From the IMG/VR virus record IMGVR_UViG_3300020045_004509, positions 32,001 to 96,000 of that record: a stretch of DNA of 64,000 bases. One strand, given 5' to 3'. A program made the translations under genes and the position numbers. How positions within the stretch are numbered: the stretch's first letter is position 1; each line of letters begins with the position of its first letter. Shown here piece by piece: positions 12,210-22,028 of this stretch. A model generated the notes under the pieces. The model saw only the letters and a program-made list of their open reading frames with translations, ran no database searches and was not told the origin of the DNA. This DNA comes from a virus.

Positions 12210-12738
12210 ATTTCATGATTATTCTCTAATTCGAATGTTTCAGAAAGATGCAAGTCAAATCATTGATCATATCAAAGTTCTTCCAAAGAATGATCAATAT
12301 CTACGGTTTGGGTATTCTATCAAAGAAGAACAGATTGAATTCTATGTAGACAATAGCTTAGAAGATACAGTTCTTCAGAAAAATTTCTGGTGGGGTATCT
12401 ATGATGAAGAAAAACTTGTTGCTACTATTCATGTCGCTATTTCTGATGATGTTGCTGAATTTGCATTTACTACTGATGTAAATTATCGGGGTCAGAAACT
12501 TGGTCAGCTTTTGTTTGCGCGTGGTTTCCAATGTGTATGTGAGCGACAAATCACTAGGATATACATGGCATGTCTCTCAGAAAATATTGCAATCCGTAAA
12601 ATCGCATCAAAGTTTGGACTTTCTGTTATGACATACGGCCCAGATGCAGAAGCAAGTGTAACTATTCAATATCCAGTTCCTTTGTCTAGACTAAATGAAG
12701 TAAAAATGTGCATTATCGATAAGTCCATTGGTAAATGA
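12202..12738 (+). CDS. GNAT-family acetyltransferase
   Basis: YLRFG, AEFAF, YRGQKLGQLL acetyl-CoA loop, ENIAIRKIA; start moved to ATG 12202. Confidence 0.8.
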   Translation: MCKFHDYSLIRMFQKDASQIIDHIKVLPKNDQYLRFGYSIKEEQIEFYVDNSLEDTVLQKNFWWGIYDEEKLVATIHVAISDDVAEFAFTTDVNYRGQKLGQLLFARGFQCVCERQITRIYMACLSENIAIRKIASKFGLSVMTYGPDAEASVTIQYPVPLSRLNEVKMCIIDKSIGK

Positions 12739-12771
12739 TGGTATAATTAACCATTCAATCAAAGGAACAAG

Positions 12772-13774
12772 ATGACATATTCTGAACTTGCAAAATCATT
12801 CAAGAACAAATTTTCCGAATATGGAATTGTGGAATGTAATGCAGCAATCAAAGACATTGACGAAACGTTGAAGATCAACGCATACAAGGATATGTCTGAC
12901 CCTTATATCATAAAATTGTTCTGTGAACGGGATGCAGCATTGGATCGAAAGATGGTATTACAAAAACACTACCACAAGGCATCCAGAACGCACCACAATC
13001 GCTCCCAGTCAATCTAAATAAAGATTTGATGCCAGCATAGCCTGACGCATTTAAAACGATTTAAACTCATTTAAAGACCCATGAAACCAATTTTAATGAT
13101 CGATGGTTATCGACTAAATCTTACTTGTCATGCTTGTCCCGAACAGTATGATGTACTTGACCCTAATGATACTACAGTAGCTTATATGCGGTTACGTCAT
13201 GGTAAGTTTACGGTAGAATGTCCAGATGTTGGGGGAACATTAGTCTATTCTGCTTCCCCAAAAGGTGATGGTTTATTCTATGATGATGAACGAATTCATT
13301 TTCTTCGGCATGGTATGGAAAAAGTAACTGAATGGATTGCAAATGAACAATTTAAGGATGTAAAAGATGAGTATGAAATTTAAATCTATCATTGCGACTT
13401 CATTGATTGCATTTTCATGTTCTTCTTTTGCTGAAGAATATATTTTTGTATCAGAAGCAGAAGATGGAACCAAACTTATTCTTGATGCTGAATCAGTCAT
13501 TGTCAAGAAGAATGATGCAGATAAGGTTACATATGTTGCCGGAATGTTTCTTTATCCTCTTCCAAAAGTTGAAACTGTTCCATTTGTAATTACTGTTCCT
13601 GTAAAGGATTGTGATAAAGGTATTGGGGCATTGTACCATCTGGAAAAGTCCGAAAAGACATGGAAACTTATTGAAAAGCAGAATTGGTCAGCAAAAGGAA
13701 CCACTATGTATGACCACGCGGCGATTGTTCTATGTGCAATTCGTCAAGAAAAGATCAAGGGAATTTCAATCTAA
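12772..13774 (+). CDS. Hypothetical proteins (12772-13017, 13081-13383, 13367-13774 with signal peptide)
   Basis: 13081-13383 has CHACPEQYD...YMRLRHG; 13367-13774 has a Sec-like signal peptide ending SFA-E. Confidence 0.65.
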
Positions 13775-13778
13775 GAAA

Positions 13779-13871
13779 ATCGTCTTAGTTCAATGGTAGA
13801 ACCCTCCAATATAGAAGAAAAAGGCGTCCCTTCTCGGAGAAAATAAAAGTTCGATTCTTTTAGACGACCCA
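13779..13871 (+). ncRNA. tRNA-like RNA with expanded anticodon arm
   Basis: Acceptor TCGTCT/AGACGA then CCCA, D arm GTTC-AATGGTA-GAAC, T arm AAAAG-TTCGATT-CTTTT; stem CTCC/GGAG encloses 28 nt instead of about 7-9. Confidence 0.7.
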
Positions 13872-13911
13872 AATTGTGATATAATTCTTTCATTAACAAA
13901 CAAGGACTCAA

Positions 13912-14445
13912 ATGAAAAAAACATTCAACAACATCGAATACGAAACCGTTTCTGACCCAGATACAGAATATGGGTGCTCAAAATGTGAATTTCGGTATCG
14001 TGCTGATAGCTGCAATAAAATTAATCAAGGAGATGATAATTGTAATATATTCAAATTCTATTGGAAAAAGATTGTAGAACCAAAGATCATTAAGATTTCA
14101 TCTGGAACGTATCGTACAGTCGATACCGGGTGCTGTTCAAACTGTGCATTCCATAATATAGAGTGTTCAGAAATCAATAATGCTCATCATTGCTCAGAAA
14201 ATGATTGTTCTTTTGAAAAGATTGAAGAAGATACTTCTGAAGTAAAATATTGGGCTGATGGTTCAAATTACTATCAAGGAATCGTTCGGGATATCGGTAA
14301 ACTGTTTGGTATTGATGCCTATACATCAGATGATGGTTCCATCCAAGATACTGTTTTGGCAGCAAAAGTTTATGAATTGGTCACTGGATTGGTTCATGAA
14401 AATGCAAAATTGAAGTCAAAAGTTGCATCCCTTGAACTTGAATAA
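13912..14445 (+). CDS. Cys-rich early protein (paralogous modules in 45252-45641 and 60121-60681)
   Basis: CxxC(x)F repeats; shares PKIIKI.SGT...C..C...EIN..H.C.EN.C.F.KIEE with 60121-60681. Confidence 0.7.
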   Translation: MKKTFNNIEYETVSDPDTEYGCSKCEFRYRADSCNKINQGDDNCNIFKFYWKKIVEPKIIKISSGTYRTVDTGCCSNCAFHNIECSEINNAHHCSENDCSFEKIEEDTSEVKYWADGSNYYQGIVRDIGKLFGIDAYTSDDGSIQDTVLAAKVYELVTGLVHENAKLKSKVASLELE

Positions 14446-15311
14446 TGCCTAAGCAAAAAATCAAGAATAAAGACATTCTGGATAAGTTTTACACAAATCC
14501 AGAAGTTGCAAAAGACTGCATCTTTATTCTGAAGAATATTCTATCCAATAAGAAAATAGAATTCATTGAGCCATCTGCTGGTTCAGGTTCATTTTCTAAA
14601 GGGATACCTTGTCGATCATTTGATATACTTCCTGAAGATTCTTCAATAGAAAAATTGGATTTTCTTCAGGATTATATTCATATGACTTCTGATGTGGTTA
14701 TCTTTGGGAATCCCCCATTTGGCAATGCAAATAGTCTATCTAAGGCGTTCATTGAACGGTCAATGAAGTATTCTCAGGTAAAAGTGATTGCATTCATTCT
14801 TCCTAAAGCATTCAATAAACTATCCATGCAGAAAGTCTTTTCTGAACGATGGATTCTTGTTTCTTCAACCGATTTACCCGATGATTCATTTCTTCTAAAT
14901 GGGAATCCCTATCATGTTCCATGTGTGTTTCAAGTTTGGGTAAGACTACATTATTTGAATCTTCCTAATCTTCGGGAAGTATCGTTTGGCAATAAATGTT
15001 CTGATTTTGAATTTTGTTCAAGAAAAGATGCGTCTTTCTTCTTGTTTGGGGCATCCCCATCTAATATCATTGATGTAGATCAAGTTCAAGAAAACAATCG
15101 AGGATATTTTGTTCGATCTTTTATAGACAAAGACGTTCTTTGTGATAGAATACGATCAGTGGATTGGAAAGCAAATGCCTCAAGTTCAGTTTCGGGGGGT
15201 GTTGCTTGGTTCACTAAAGATGAAATCATTAAACATTATCTAAGGAAATATAATGACCCAAAGCGCAAACAATCTGTCCCGTACTCTGTTCAAACAATTC
15301 TTGAGTGCTAA
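14445..15311 (+). CDS. Amino (N6-adenine-type) DNA methyltransferase
   Basis: DKFYT, IEPSAGSGSF (motif I), GNPPFG (motif IV), AFILP. Confidence 0.8.
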   Translation: MPKQKIKNKDILDKFYTNPEVAKDCIFILKNILSNKKIEFIEPSAGSGSFSKGIPCRSFDILPEDSSIEKLDFLQDYIHMTSDVVIFGNPPFGNANSLSKAFIERSMKYSQVKVIAFILPKAFNKLSMQKVFSERWILVSSTDLPDDSFLLNGNPYHVPCVFQVWVRLHYLNLPNLREVSFGNKCSDFEFCSRKDASFFLFGASPSNIIDVDQVQENNRGYFVRSFIDKDVLCDRIRSVDWKANASSSVSGGVAWFTKDEIIKHYLRKYNDPKRKQSVPYSVQTILEC

Positions 15312-15594
15312 TCCTGATGCAGTTCGGGTTGATTCCCGGAATGTATTTGATGTTGATAATAAACGATATGCATTTTCTTTGACCAGTTCAGACAAGATTA
15401 TTGCCCGTCAGTTTTACCAAGATTGCGATGCTGTTGTTTGTCTGAACAACATTACAAAATTGATGCATGTTGCAGAAAAGATCAATCTAGTTATTGATTC
15501 TGCCCCTAATCGGATTACAACTAAGGGCATCAAAGCATATTCTGCAAAATCCGAAATCACTTTCCCTTCGACAACTTTGTTTAATACTCTTTAA
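15253..15594 (+). CDS. Hypothetical protein
   Basis: ORF with AAGGA SD, overlaps the 3' end of the methyltransferase. Confidence 0.55.
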   Translation: MTQSANNLSRTLFKQFLSANPDAVRVDSRNVFDVDNKRYAFSLTSSDKIIARQFYQDCDAVVCLNNITKLMHVAEKINLVIDSAPNRITTKGIKAYSAKSEITFPSTTLFNTL

Positions 15595-16750
15595 GGGTCA
15601 TTGTTCCATAAATGGATTGATTGGTTGTAGTTGGCATGTATGCGAGAATGTATTCATCTGATACATTAGCAACAGACATACCAATATACGATAAGTATGA
15701 ATCATTCAGGCCAAATCCAGCCCCAACAATACCCGATGGAATAGAATGGATAACACGACCTGTTCCAGCAGTAATTGTAGTTCCAGCAGTCGGAACCCCG
15801 AATAATAGTTTAGAATTTGCTGTATATGTTAGAGGGGTTGAAACAGTTGGATTCAAGATTAACATCAAAATACCAGCATCAGATGCAGAAGTATTTGATG
15901 ATCCAATCGAAGTAATTGCAACACATACATCCCTTAGCGTAGCAGATTTCTTAACCCCAAGAACTGGGTATATAGTTCCAATTGCATTAGTAGCAACTGC
16001 AATCAAACTAACATTAGACAAAGAAAATCCAGATTCCATCGATGATCCTTCGGTTGCTGCTTGAGAACAGATTGCTCTCATTGTTCCAACCCCAGTAGTT
16101 GACCGGATTTCATACCGAATATTATGATTTGGGGTAGCCATCATCACATCAGTTGCATTTGATGCATGAGAATAAGTATGGGCTAAAACAAATCCCGAAG
16201 CAGTCTTAACGAACATTCTAAGAACTGCCCCTCCAAGCCAAAGAAAATCGAATAGAACAACAGTAAAGTTATTCCAATTATAGGTACTCAATTTTGAATA
16301 ACCATCCCACGAAGTAATAGGAAGATCAAGAACTGACACTCCAGAATTTTGAATCTTCAGACGAATAGTCGTTCCATCATTTTCAACCCAAAATCCATCA
16401 TTTACAGAATTATATGGAGCAGTTGCAGCCCCATTAAAATATCCAGCCCGTTTTACGACATTAGCCTGAGTACCAAAGGTATCAAAAGTCATTTCAATCA
16501 ATTGAGATTTACCAGAAAAATATGGAATCGTTCGAGTATTTTGACGAATGACATACTGACCAGCAGTTACAGACATAGTAGATTTATTTGTCAGAAAAGT
16601 ATTGGTTCCAGTCCCAACCGTTTCAAACACAAGAGGATTATCAACATTCAGAATTTTACCATCAAATAATGTGGTCATGTTTGAAATTCTTGCCCGACCA
16701 CCAGCATCACGGGTGACTTCAAGATTTGGGGTGTTTGGGGTGTAACTCAT
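15581..16750 (-). CDS. Virion structural protein (tail/baseplate associated)
   Basis: DAGGRARIS..TLFD start, YFSGKSQ and DFLWLGG motifs typical of phage virion proteins; in late cluster. Confidence 0.6.
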   Translation of the reverse strand: MSYTPNTPNLEVTRDAGGRARISNMTTLFDGKILNVDNPLVFETVGTGTNTFLTNKSTMSVTAGQYVIRQNTRTIPYFSGKSQLIEMTFDTFGTQANVVKRAGYFNGAATAPYNSVNDGFWVENDGTTIRLKIQNSGVSVLDLPITSWDGYSKLSTYNWNNFTVVLFDFLWLGGAVLRMFVKTASGFVLAHTYSHASNATDVMMATPNHNIRYEIRSTTGVGTMRAICSQAATEGSSMESGFSLSNVSLIAVATNAIGTIYPVLGVKKSATLRDVCVAITSIGSSNTSASDAGILMLILNPTVSTPLTYTANSKLLFGVPTAGTTITAGTGRVIHSIPSGIVGAGFGLNDSYLSYIGMSVANVSDEYILAYMPTTTNQSIYGTMTLKEY

Positions 16751-16759
16751 TTTGTTTCC

Positions 16760-17839
16760 TTAAAGAATATCGTAACCAGTACCATTAGACTGATATGTTA
16801 ATGTTTCATATTGTAAAGTTAGATCAGTAGTCAAAGAACCATCAATCAACTGGGATGAAGTCGTGTTCACAATAACTTTAAATTGAGTTGAATCAACTTT
16901 TTTAACGATGAATATTTTTCCAGTATTTGTTGTTGCAGATGGTAAAGTAATAGTGATTTCAGAAGTTCCATTAACCCGAATGGTATAATCACTATTTGTT
17001 ACAGTATAGTTTGCGGTCTTGGTTACAGTTGGAAGAACAGATGCCTTTACGCCGATTTGGGTATTCTTCCAGACATTAGCAGCAGTATCCCAAGTCAGAA
17101 CATCATTATTAACTAAATTTGAAACGAGAACATCATGTAGTTCATCTAATTCATATCCATTTTCAACATCAACAAATATTGATCCTAATGTGACATGGGA
17201 ACGAATACACCAACCAACATGTACTGCATGAAGCGGGGAAATAGGTTTTACTGATGTCAATCCCCCAAGAACAGTTGCTGATAAGTATAAAGAATCGCCT
17301 TCAAGAAAAGCAGATGTATTAACATCCCGAACCAACCCAGAAACAGTCGCAAACCCTTCTGTATTATGAGGAACATCTTCTGTAATGATAGCAAAAGTAT
17401 TTCTTGATGCTGATTCTGTATTTGCTTGGGCTAAAGCAACTGTTAATCGTTGACCTTGAGAACCAGATAATCGTACTACTTGAGGGGATGTAAATGTCAC
17501 CCCAGTATTATTTGTGATTCTGATTAGTTGTTCTTGGCCGATCTGAAGGGTTACGTTTCCCCCTTTCATCCCAAGATTCAAAGTGCCATCAGTATTATTC
17601 CATGTCATCCTACCAGCAAGATTAGGAAATGCAGTAGTTGTATCAAAGTCAATATAATCTAATGAAGTCAATGATGAAATACCAGCCCCACCATCACTTG
17701 GAATAGGCCCAATCGGATATTCTCCCCCATCATCCCCGCGTCCATACATAACACCATCAGATTTCATATAAACCGATACTGATCCGATAGCTGGGGCAGT
17801 TGGGGCTACATTTAGTTTGTCAAATACAAGTTGGGACAT
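16760..17839 (-). CDS. Tail fibre-related structural protein
   Basis: TLQIGQE, ELDELHDV.....NNDVLTWD....WKN and TKTANYT...ITLPSA...IDG motifs. Confidence 0.65.
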   Translation of the reverse strand: MSQLVFDKLNVAPTAPAIGSVSVYMKSDGVMYGRGDDGGEYPIGPIPSDGGAGISSLTSLDYIDFDTTTAFPNLAGRMTWNNTDGTLNLGMKGGNVTLQIGQEQLIRITNNTGVTFTSPQVVRLSGSQGQRLTVALAQANTESASRNTFAIITEDVPHNTEGFATVSGLVRDVNTSAFLEGDSLYLSATVLGGLTSVKPISPLHAVHVGWCIRSHVTLGSIFVDVENGYELDELHDVLVSNLVNNDVLTWDTAANVWKNTQIGVKASVLPTVTKTANYTVTNSDYTIRVNGTSEITITLPSATTNTGKIFIVKKVDSTQFKVIVNTTSSQLIDGSLTTDLTLQYETLTYQSNGTGYDIL

Positions 17840-17840
17840 A

Positions 17841-18473
17841 TTAGGTAATCTTTACGTTTCCGTGAATAATTAGAGGGGCTTTTAGTTTCAAATAACTAAT
17901 AACAGAATATGAAGTATCAATAGGAATAATAGTTTCTTTTGAAATCACATTATGAGTTACTGATAACATCGATGCTTGATCAGTAAAATTAAATTTATTT
18001 AGAGTAGAATCCCATACCATTACATCATCATTATTGGGGACTTGATTTACGACATCATCAAGTTTCAGAAGTCTTACTTCGCCCCCTCCAGAATGTTGAG
18101 ACCCCACAAACTTTTTCAGAAAAGCAAATTCATCCTGAAGTTTCTTGAACATCAACATCATATTCTTTTCAGAATCGGATACAAAAGGAACAATGGGGGG
18201 AACTATCTTTTTGACTAATGGTTCGGGAGGAAAGGATTCTACAATAGGAACCGGAATAACTTCTTTGGGGATTTCTTGAATGACTTCAATTGCTTTAGTC
18301 TTTTCTTTTGAAATTAAACTAAACAATTCTGAAAGTAGGGGAACAACTTCAGTTTCTTTTCGACGATCTTCTTCATCTTGCCTTTCTTTAGCAAGTCTAA
18401 GTTTTTCGGCCTTAGCTTCTTTTAGAAGAAGGGCGAATTCAGAAAGTTGATTGAAAGGTTCATTTGGTTCCAT
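17841..18473 (-). CDS. Virion-associated protein
   Basis: SGGGEVRLLKLDDV motif common in T4-like virion proteins. Confidence 0.55.
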   Translation of the reverse strand: MEPNEPFNQLSEFALLLKEAKAEKLRLAKERQDEEDRRKETEVVPLLSELFSLISKEKTKAIEVIQEIPKEVIPVPIVESFPPEPLVKKIVPPIVPFVSDSEKNMMLMFKKLQDEFAFLKKFVGSQHSGGGEVRLLKLDDVVNQVPNNDDVMVWDSTLNKFNFTDQASMLSVTHNVISKETIIPIDTSYSVISYLKLKAPLIIHGNVKIT

Positions 18474-18476
18474 TCT

Positions 18477-18716
18477 CTATTTAGCTAATACCAACAAGCA
18501 TGGAAATGCTCCAAGAATCGTAAATAATGCGTCCATTAAATCTGGGGTATGTTCTTCTTGATTTATGGTATCATATAGTTCTTTAGCAAAAGCAACTACA
18601 ATAACAGAAACGAATGCTGATACCATTGAACTATTCAAAAGAAATACTAAGGTGAAGATAATATTACCATAAATGAAATGGTTTGCTTTATCTTGATCAA
18701 GGATTGGAAGTTTCAT
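18477..18716 (-). CDS. Small membrane protein (VanZ-like)
   Basis: DKANHF...KELYD...D..DALFT pattern with hydrophobic helices. Confidence 0.55.
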   Translation of the reverse strand: MKLPILDQDKANHFIYGNIIFTLVFLLNSSMVSAFVSVIVVAFAKELYDTINQEEHTPDLMDALFTILGAFPCLLVLAK

Positions 18717-19129
18717 ATCAGTTTATTTTTGAGAAGTTGTTTATATAATGCGCCGGGATTTAGATTATTCTGACCCAAAGTAAAGATACCTAAAATTTCA
18801 GAACAGAACCAGATATGATAATCGATATTAAAGTTGATTCTAAAAATTGAACATATTCCCCCAAAGACATCATATTTTGATCCTGAATTTTGTTCAAACC
18901 AGTTTCTTAGGCTTTCTTCAGAAATATCTATTTTCAGATCAAATACATCCCAATGACCAGATTTAAGATCGATTTTCTTTAAGCGAACCCCATTATCCCG
19001 TTTTGATGATGAACCACAAATTCCATCAGAAAATACAAATTCAACATGGGAATATTTGGAAAAACTACACAGTCCAATAATCATATCCAGCAAATTTCCT
19101 TCTATAGCTTTATAGAATGCGATTTGCAT
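18713..19129 (-). CDS. Permuted papain-like (NlpC/P60-type) peptidase
   Basis: YSHVEF, GSKYD, WFCSE. Confidence 0.7.
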   Translation of the reverse strand: MQIAFYKAIEGNLLDMIIGLCSFSKYSHVEFVFSDGICGSSSKRDNGVRLKKIDLKSGHWDVFDLKIDISEESLRNWFEQNSGSKYDVFGGICSIFRINFNIDYHIWFCSEILGIFTLGQNNLNPGALYKQLLKNKLI

Positions 19130-19135
19130 GATTGG

Positions 19136-19306
19136 TTAACCGAATACTAAAGAATATACAATTGCATTTAGTTTTGCTAACTGAACATCATCATCAAGAC
19201 TTTTAAAGTTGGCGTCAACTTCAACATTAGTTAAAGGTTCGCCCTTAGCAGTAGTTTCAGTTGGTACTGTTGGGGTAGTTGTGTTTCTATATGTTAATTC
19301 TGCCAT
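19136..19306 (-). CDS. 56-aa tail fibre anchor-like protein (not in ORF track)
   Basis: Hand translation MAELTYRNTTTPTVPTETTAKGEPLTNVEVDANFKSLDDDVQLAKLNAIVYSLVFG; KGxPLTxxExDxNF motif. Confidence 0.65.
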   Translation of the reverse strand: MAELTYRNTTTPTVPTETTAKGEPLTNVEVDANFKSLDDDVQLAKLNAIVYSLVFG

Positions 19307-19307
19307 T

Positions 19308-19748
19308 TTAGTTCACCACGATAGTCCAAGTAATAATTAGAGTATCAGCAATACCTTTATTGATTGGGGCAAAGGTAGTTCGACAAAGCATATCCCCAGC
19401 AGTTGCATCATTAAACATACCAGCTTCAGTAATCGATCCTGTCCCAATAGTAGGAAAGAATGTTGCAACATAAGTAATAACATTTGCTGCTAATAGGGCA
19501 GAATCAAATGATGTCCTTGCTAATTCAGTTTGCAAAGTAGTATTAGCAAGTAGTTGAAATGTTGTTCCTGAACCAATTGCCATATGGGAAAGAACGGGTT
19601 TAGCAGTTCCAACCATTCTTGATGTGATGTAATTCTTGCCAGAAGTCACTACAAGATTTTTTAAGTCATATCGTTTGATTAGAACTTTATTTTCATCCAA
19701 GTGATCAATAGTAAGATTTCCGGTTACGTTGATATTTTCGTTTAGCAT
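19308..19748 (-). CDS. Virion structural protein (tail fibre base-like)
   Basis: KNLVVTSGK, MAIGSG, ITEAGMFN, MLCRTTF..INK...DTL.ITW. Confidence 0.7.
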   Translation of the reverse strand: MLNENINVTGNLTIDHLDENKVLIKRYDLKNLVVTSGKNYITSRMVGTAKPVLSHMAIGSGTTFQLLANTTLQTELARTSFDSALLAANVITYVATFFPTIGTGSITEAGMFNDATAGDMLCRTTFAPINKGIADTLIITWTIVVN

Positions 19749-19841
19749 AATTTGAATCCTTTTGGGTATTTAGGGAGGAAATTAATCTAATTAGAATTAA
19801 TTATGCAATTAAATCAGAAGTAGCAGACCTCATACTTACTG

Positions 19842-22001
19842 TTAGATAAGTGTACCAGAAGCCACCTCAACCCATGATGCCCCGGTATAAGCAAACTCTC
19901 TCCACTGCCCAATAGCAATAGTGACTGAGGAGAATGTCACTGTAAAAGCCCCTGTAGCGGTAGATTTCCTAGCTACCCGTACTACATCATTTTTAAAAGG
20001 CAGCGCATCGGCGGTTACTGTCCTGTTGGTAGTGATAGCAACGTCATAAACAACATTGGTGCGCCTTGCTTGCAAAATAGTAATACTTGCATTTCCAGCT
20101 ACAGTAGTAACCGACTGCCTCGGGCGTATTGCACACGGCGCGAATTTTGGCATATAGCAGTTAGCACCAAAACCAGCAACAAAAGAAAAGCTAGTGTTGG
20201 ATACACCAGTATTTGTAATTTTTATACGGCAATACTTTTTGCCTGTGGCAGTAACAGGTGCAGGTATAAACAAATCAGTGCGAAATTTCACAGAATCAAT
20301 TGCCCCGTTATACATAGTTCGTTCTGTTGTCGTCTTTGTCGAATCGATTACTGTCATAGTTACATTAACATCTGACATTGATCCTCCATACTGATCCAAA
20401 CGCCGCATATATAGTCCTTGCGGGATTGATGTGTTTTCCCAAAACTCAATGTCTTTTTGTAGATACCCACTTGGGGCAAGATTTACCCGCAGCCCTGCAC
20501 CACTGTCTTGTGCAAGATTTGTCGATATGCTTACTACTCCGGATTGCAGCCAACCATCACCAGTCTCTTCACCCCAGCCATCTACAAGCACATTTTCAAA
20601 GCTACCCCACTCACGGTAGTTAACAGTGACATTTTTAACACTCAGCCTAGTCTCGCTATCACCTGCACTATGATTTATAAAGCTGATCCCTGAGGAGTAA
20701 GAGCCAGTAATGTCTTTATGGTCAGCATTTACTATCGAAATAGTATTAGGATAAATGTTGCTTGTTGAACATTGCAAGACAGTCGTTACCTTGTTGGTAT
20801 CGGTAACGTAAGTAACTACTTTACCAAAGGTTTTTACATTGGTAAGATTTACGTTATAAAGCTGCGCAGTGGCTCCGAAGCGCACAAGCGCTGGCGTCTG
20901 AGTGCTTTCAACACCTCCGATAATTGGCTTGTAGACCAAAGGTGTTACCCAGATGTTAGACCCAGACACAGCAAAAGGTTTCGCTACGCCCTCAAGCAAA
21001 AGCATGGTGTGGCAAACATCAACCCCAATGTTGTTCATTGATAACGAAGCACTTGACCGCCCAATGTCAGCAAATGTTCTGCAACCAAATACAAACACGT
21101 CAGATAAATCTGCACCATCATTGTTACTAAATCTGAAAACATCAAAGTTTTTTACAAGTTTTGTTGCAAAGTTTTGGAAACTCACAACAATATTGTGCAG
21201 AGAATTAGGGTTTAACAAAATGTCAGAAAACCGGATGATGTCAGTTGATTTAGCGACATCAAACGCAATACCAGTAGCACAGCCGCGAATGCCCCGAATC
21301 GTCAACTTTTCCATATTCTGTGACGAATCTGCGTAAAAAATAGTAGTTCCACCAAGATAAAGAATATTAGATAACTTTGGTGCGTTGTAAGTACCGATCC
21401 CAACAAAGGTCGGAGGAAACACCACAAGTGGTGACAACTTATCTGGTTGCCCAAGGTCTTCTACAATGTTGTAGTTTTGCGTTGGATAATACACACCAAA
21501 ATTTGTAGCTTCCGAATTTTGGTTAAGGATAATTTGAGCATTTGGGCCACAAATAAGCCAACTTCCATAAGCAGTAATCACTGTACCAGATGCACTCTTT
21601 TTAGGGGAGTCAACAGGAAGTGTGTCAAACCCTCTGAGGGCTTTTCCAGCAGGAACAGTAATCGTGCCGTTTATATAAACTGGTCCCGACCATGAAACTA
21701 CCTTTGACGTAACAAAAAGCGCATTTATTGCAGCAGTAGAATCAGTTACCCCATCCCAGTAACTTGGGGTTACTTGATGTAAAACACTTTGTAGATTCGT
21801 TGCAACAGCCCCCACCCCAGCAGGCATATATCCAACCAGCGATGCACCAGAACTTGTCCCAAAATCTTCCTTAAACTCATTCTTCAATTCTGCCACAGTA
21901 ACATCTTTTGCTACCCCAGAATCATTCAAGAAAATCTGTTCAGTTCCAGTTAATGTTGCTGCTGTCTTATTTGGTAAATTTGCTAAATCTATAATAGCCA
22001 T
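19842..22001 (-). CDS. Tailspike/receptor-binding protein
   Basis: SGASLVGYMPAGVGAVATNLQ anchor, DGVTDSTAAIN beta-helix start; CTAAATA at 22026-22032. Confidence 0.75.
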   Translation of the reverse strand: MAIIDLANLPNKTAATLTGTEQIFLNDSGVAKDVTVAELKNEFKEDFGTSSGASLVGYMPAGVGAVATNLQSVLHQVTPSYWDGVTDSTAAINALFVTSKVVSWSGPVYINGTITVPAGKALRGFDTLPVDSPKKSASGTVITAYGSWLICGPNAQIILNQNSEATNFGVYYPTQNYNIVEDLGQPDKLSPLVVFPPTFVGIGTYNAPKLSNILYLGGTTIFYADSSQNMEKLTIRGIRGCATGIAFDVAKSTDIIRFSDILLNPNSLHNIVVSFQNFATKLVKNFDVFRFSNNDGADLSDVFVFGCRTFADIGRSSASLSMNNIGVDVCHTMLLLEGVAKPFAVSGSNIWVTPLVYKPIIGGVESTQTPALVRFGATAQLYNVNLTNVKTFGKVVTYVTDTNKVTTVLQCSTSNIYPNTISIVNADHKDITGSYSSGISFINHSAGDSETRLSVKNVTVNYREWGSFENVLVDGWGEETGDGWLQSGVVSISTNLAQDSGAGLRVNLAPSGYLQKDIEFWENTSIPQGLYMRRLDQYGGSMSDVNVTMTVIDSTKTTTERTMYNGAIDSVKFRTDLFIPAPVTATGKKYCRIKITNTGVSNTSFSFVAGFGANCYMPKFAPCAIRPRQSVTTVAGNASITILQARRTNVVYDVAITTNRTVTADALPFKNDVVRVARKSTATGAFTVTFSSVTIAIGQWREFAYTGASWVEVASGTLI

Positions 22002-22028
22002 TTTAAAATTCCTTATTTATTCTTCTAT

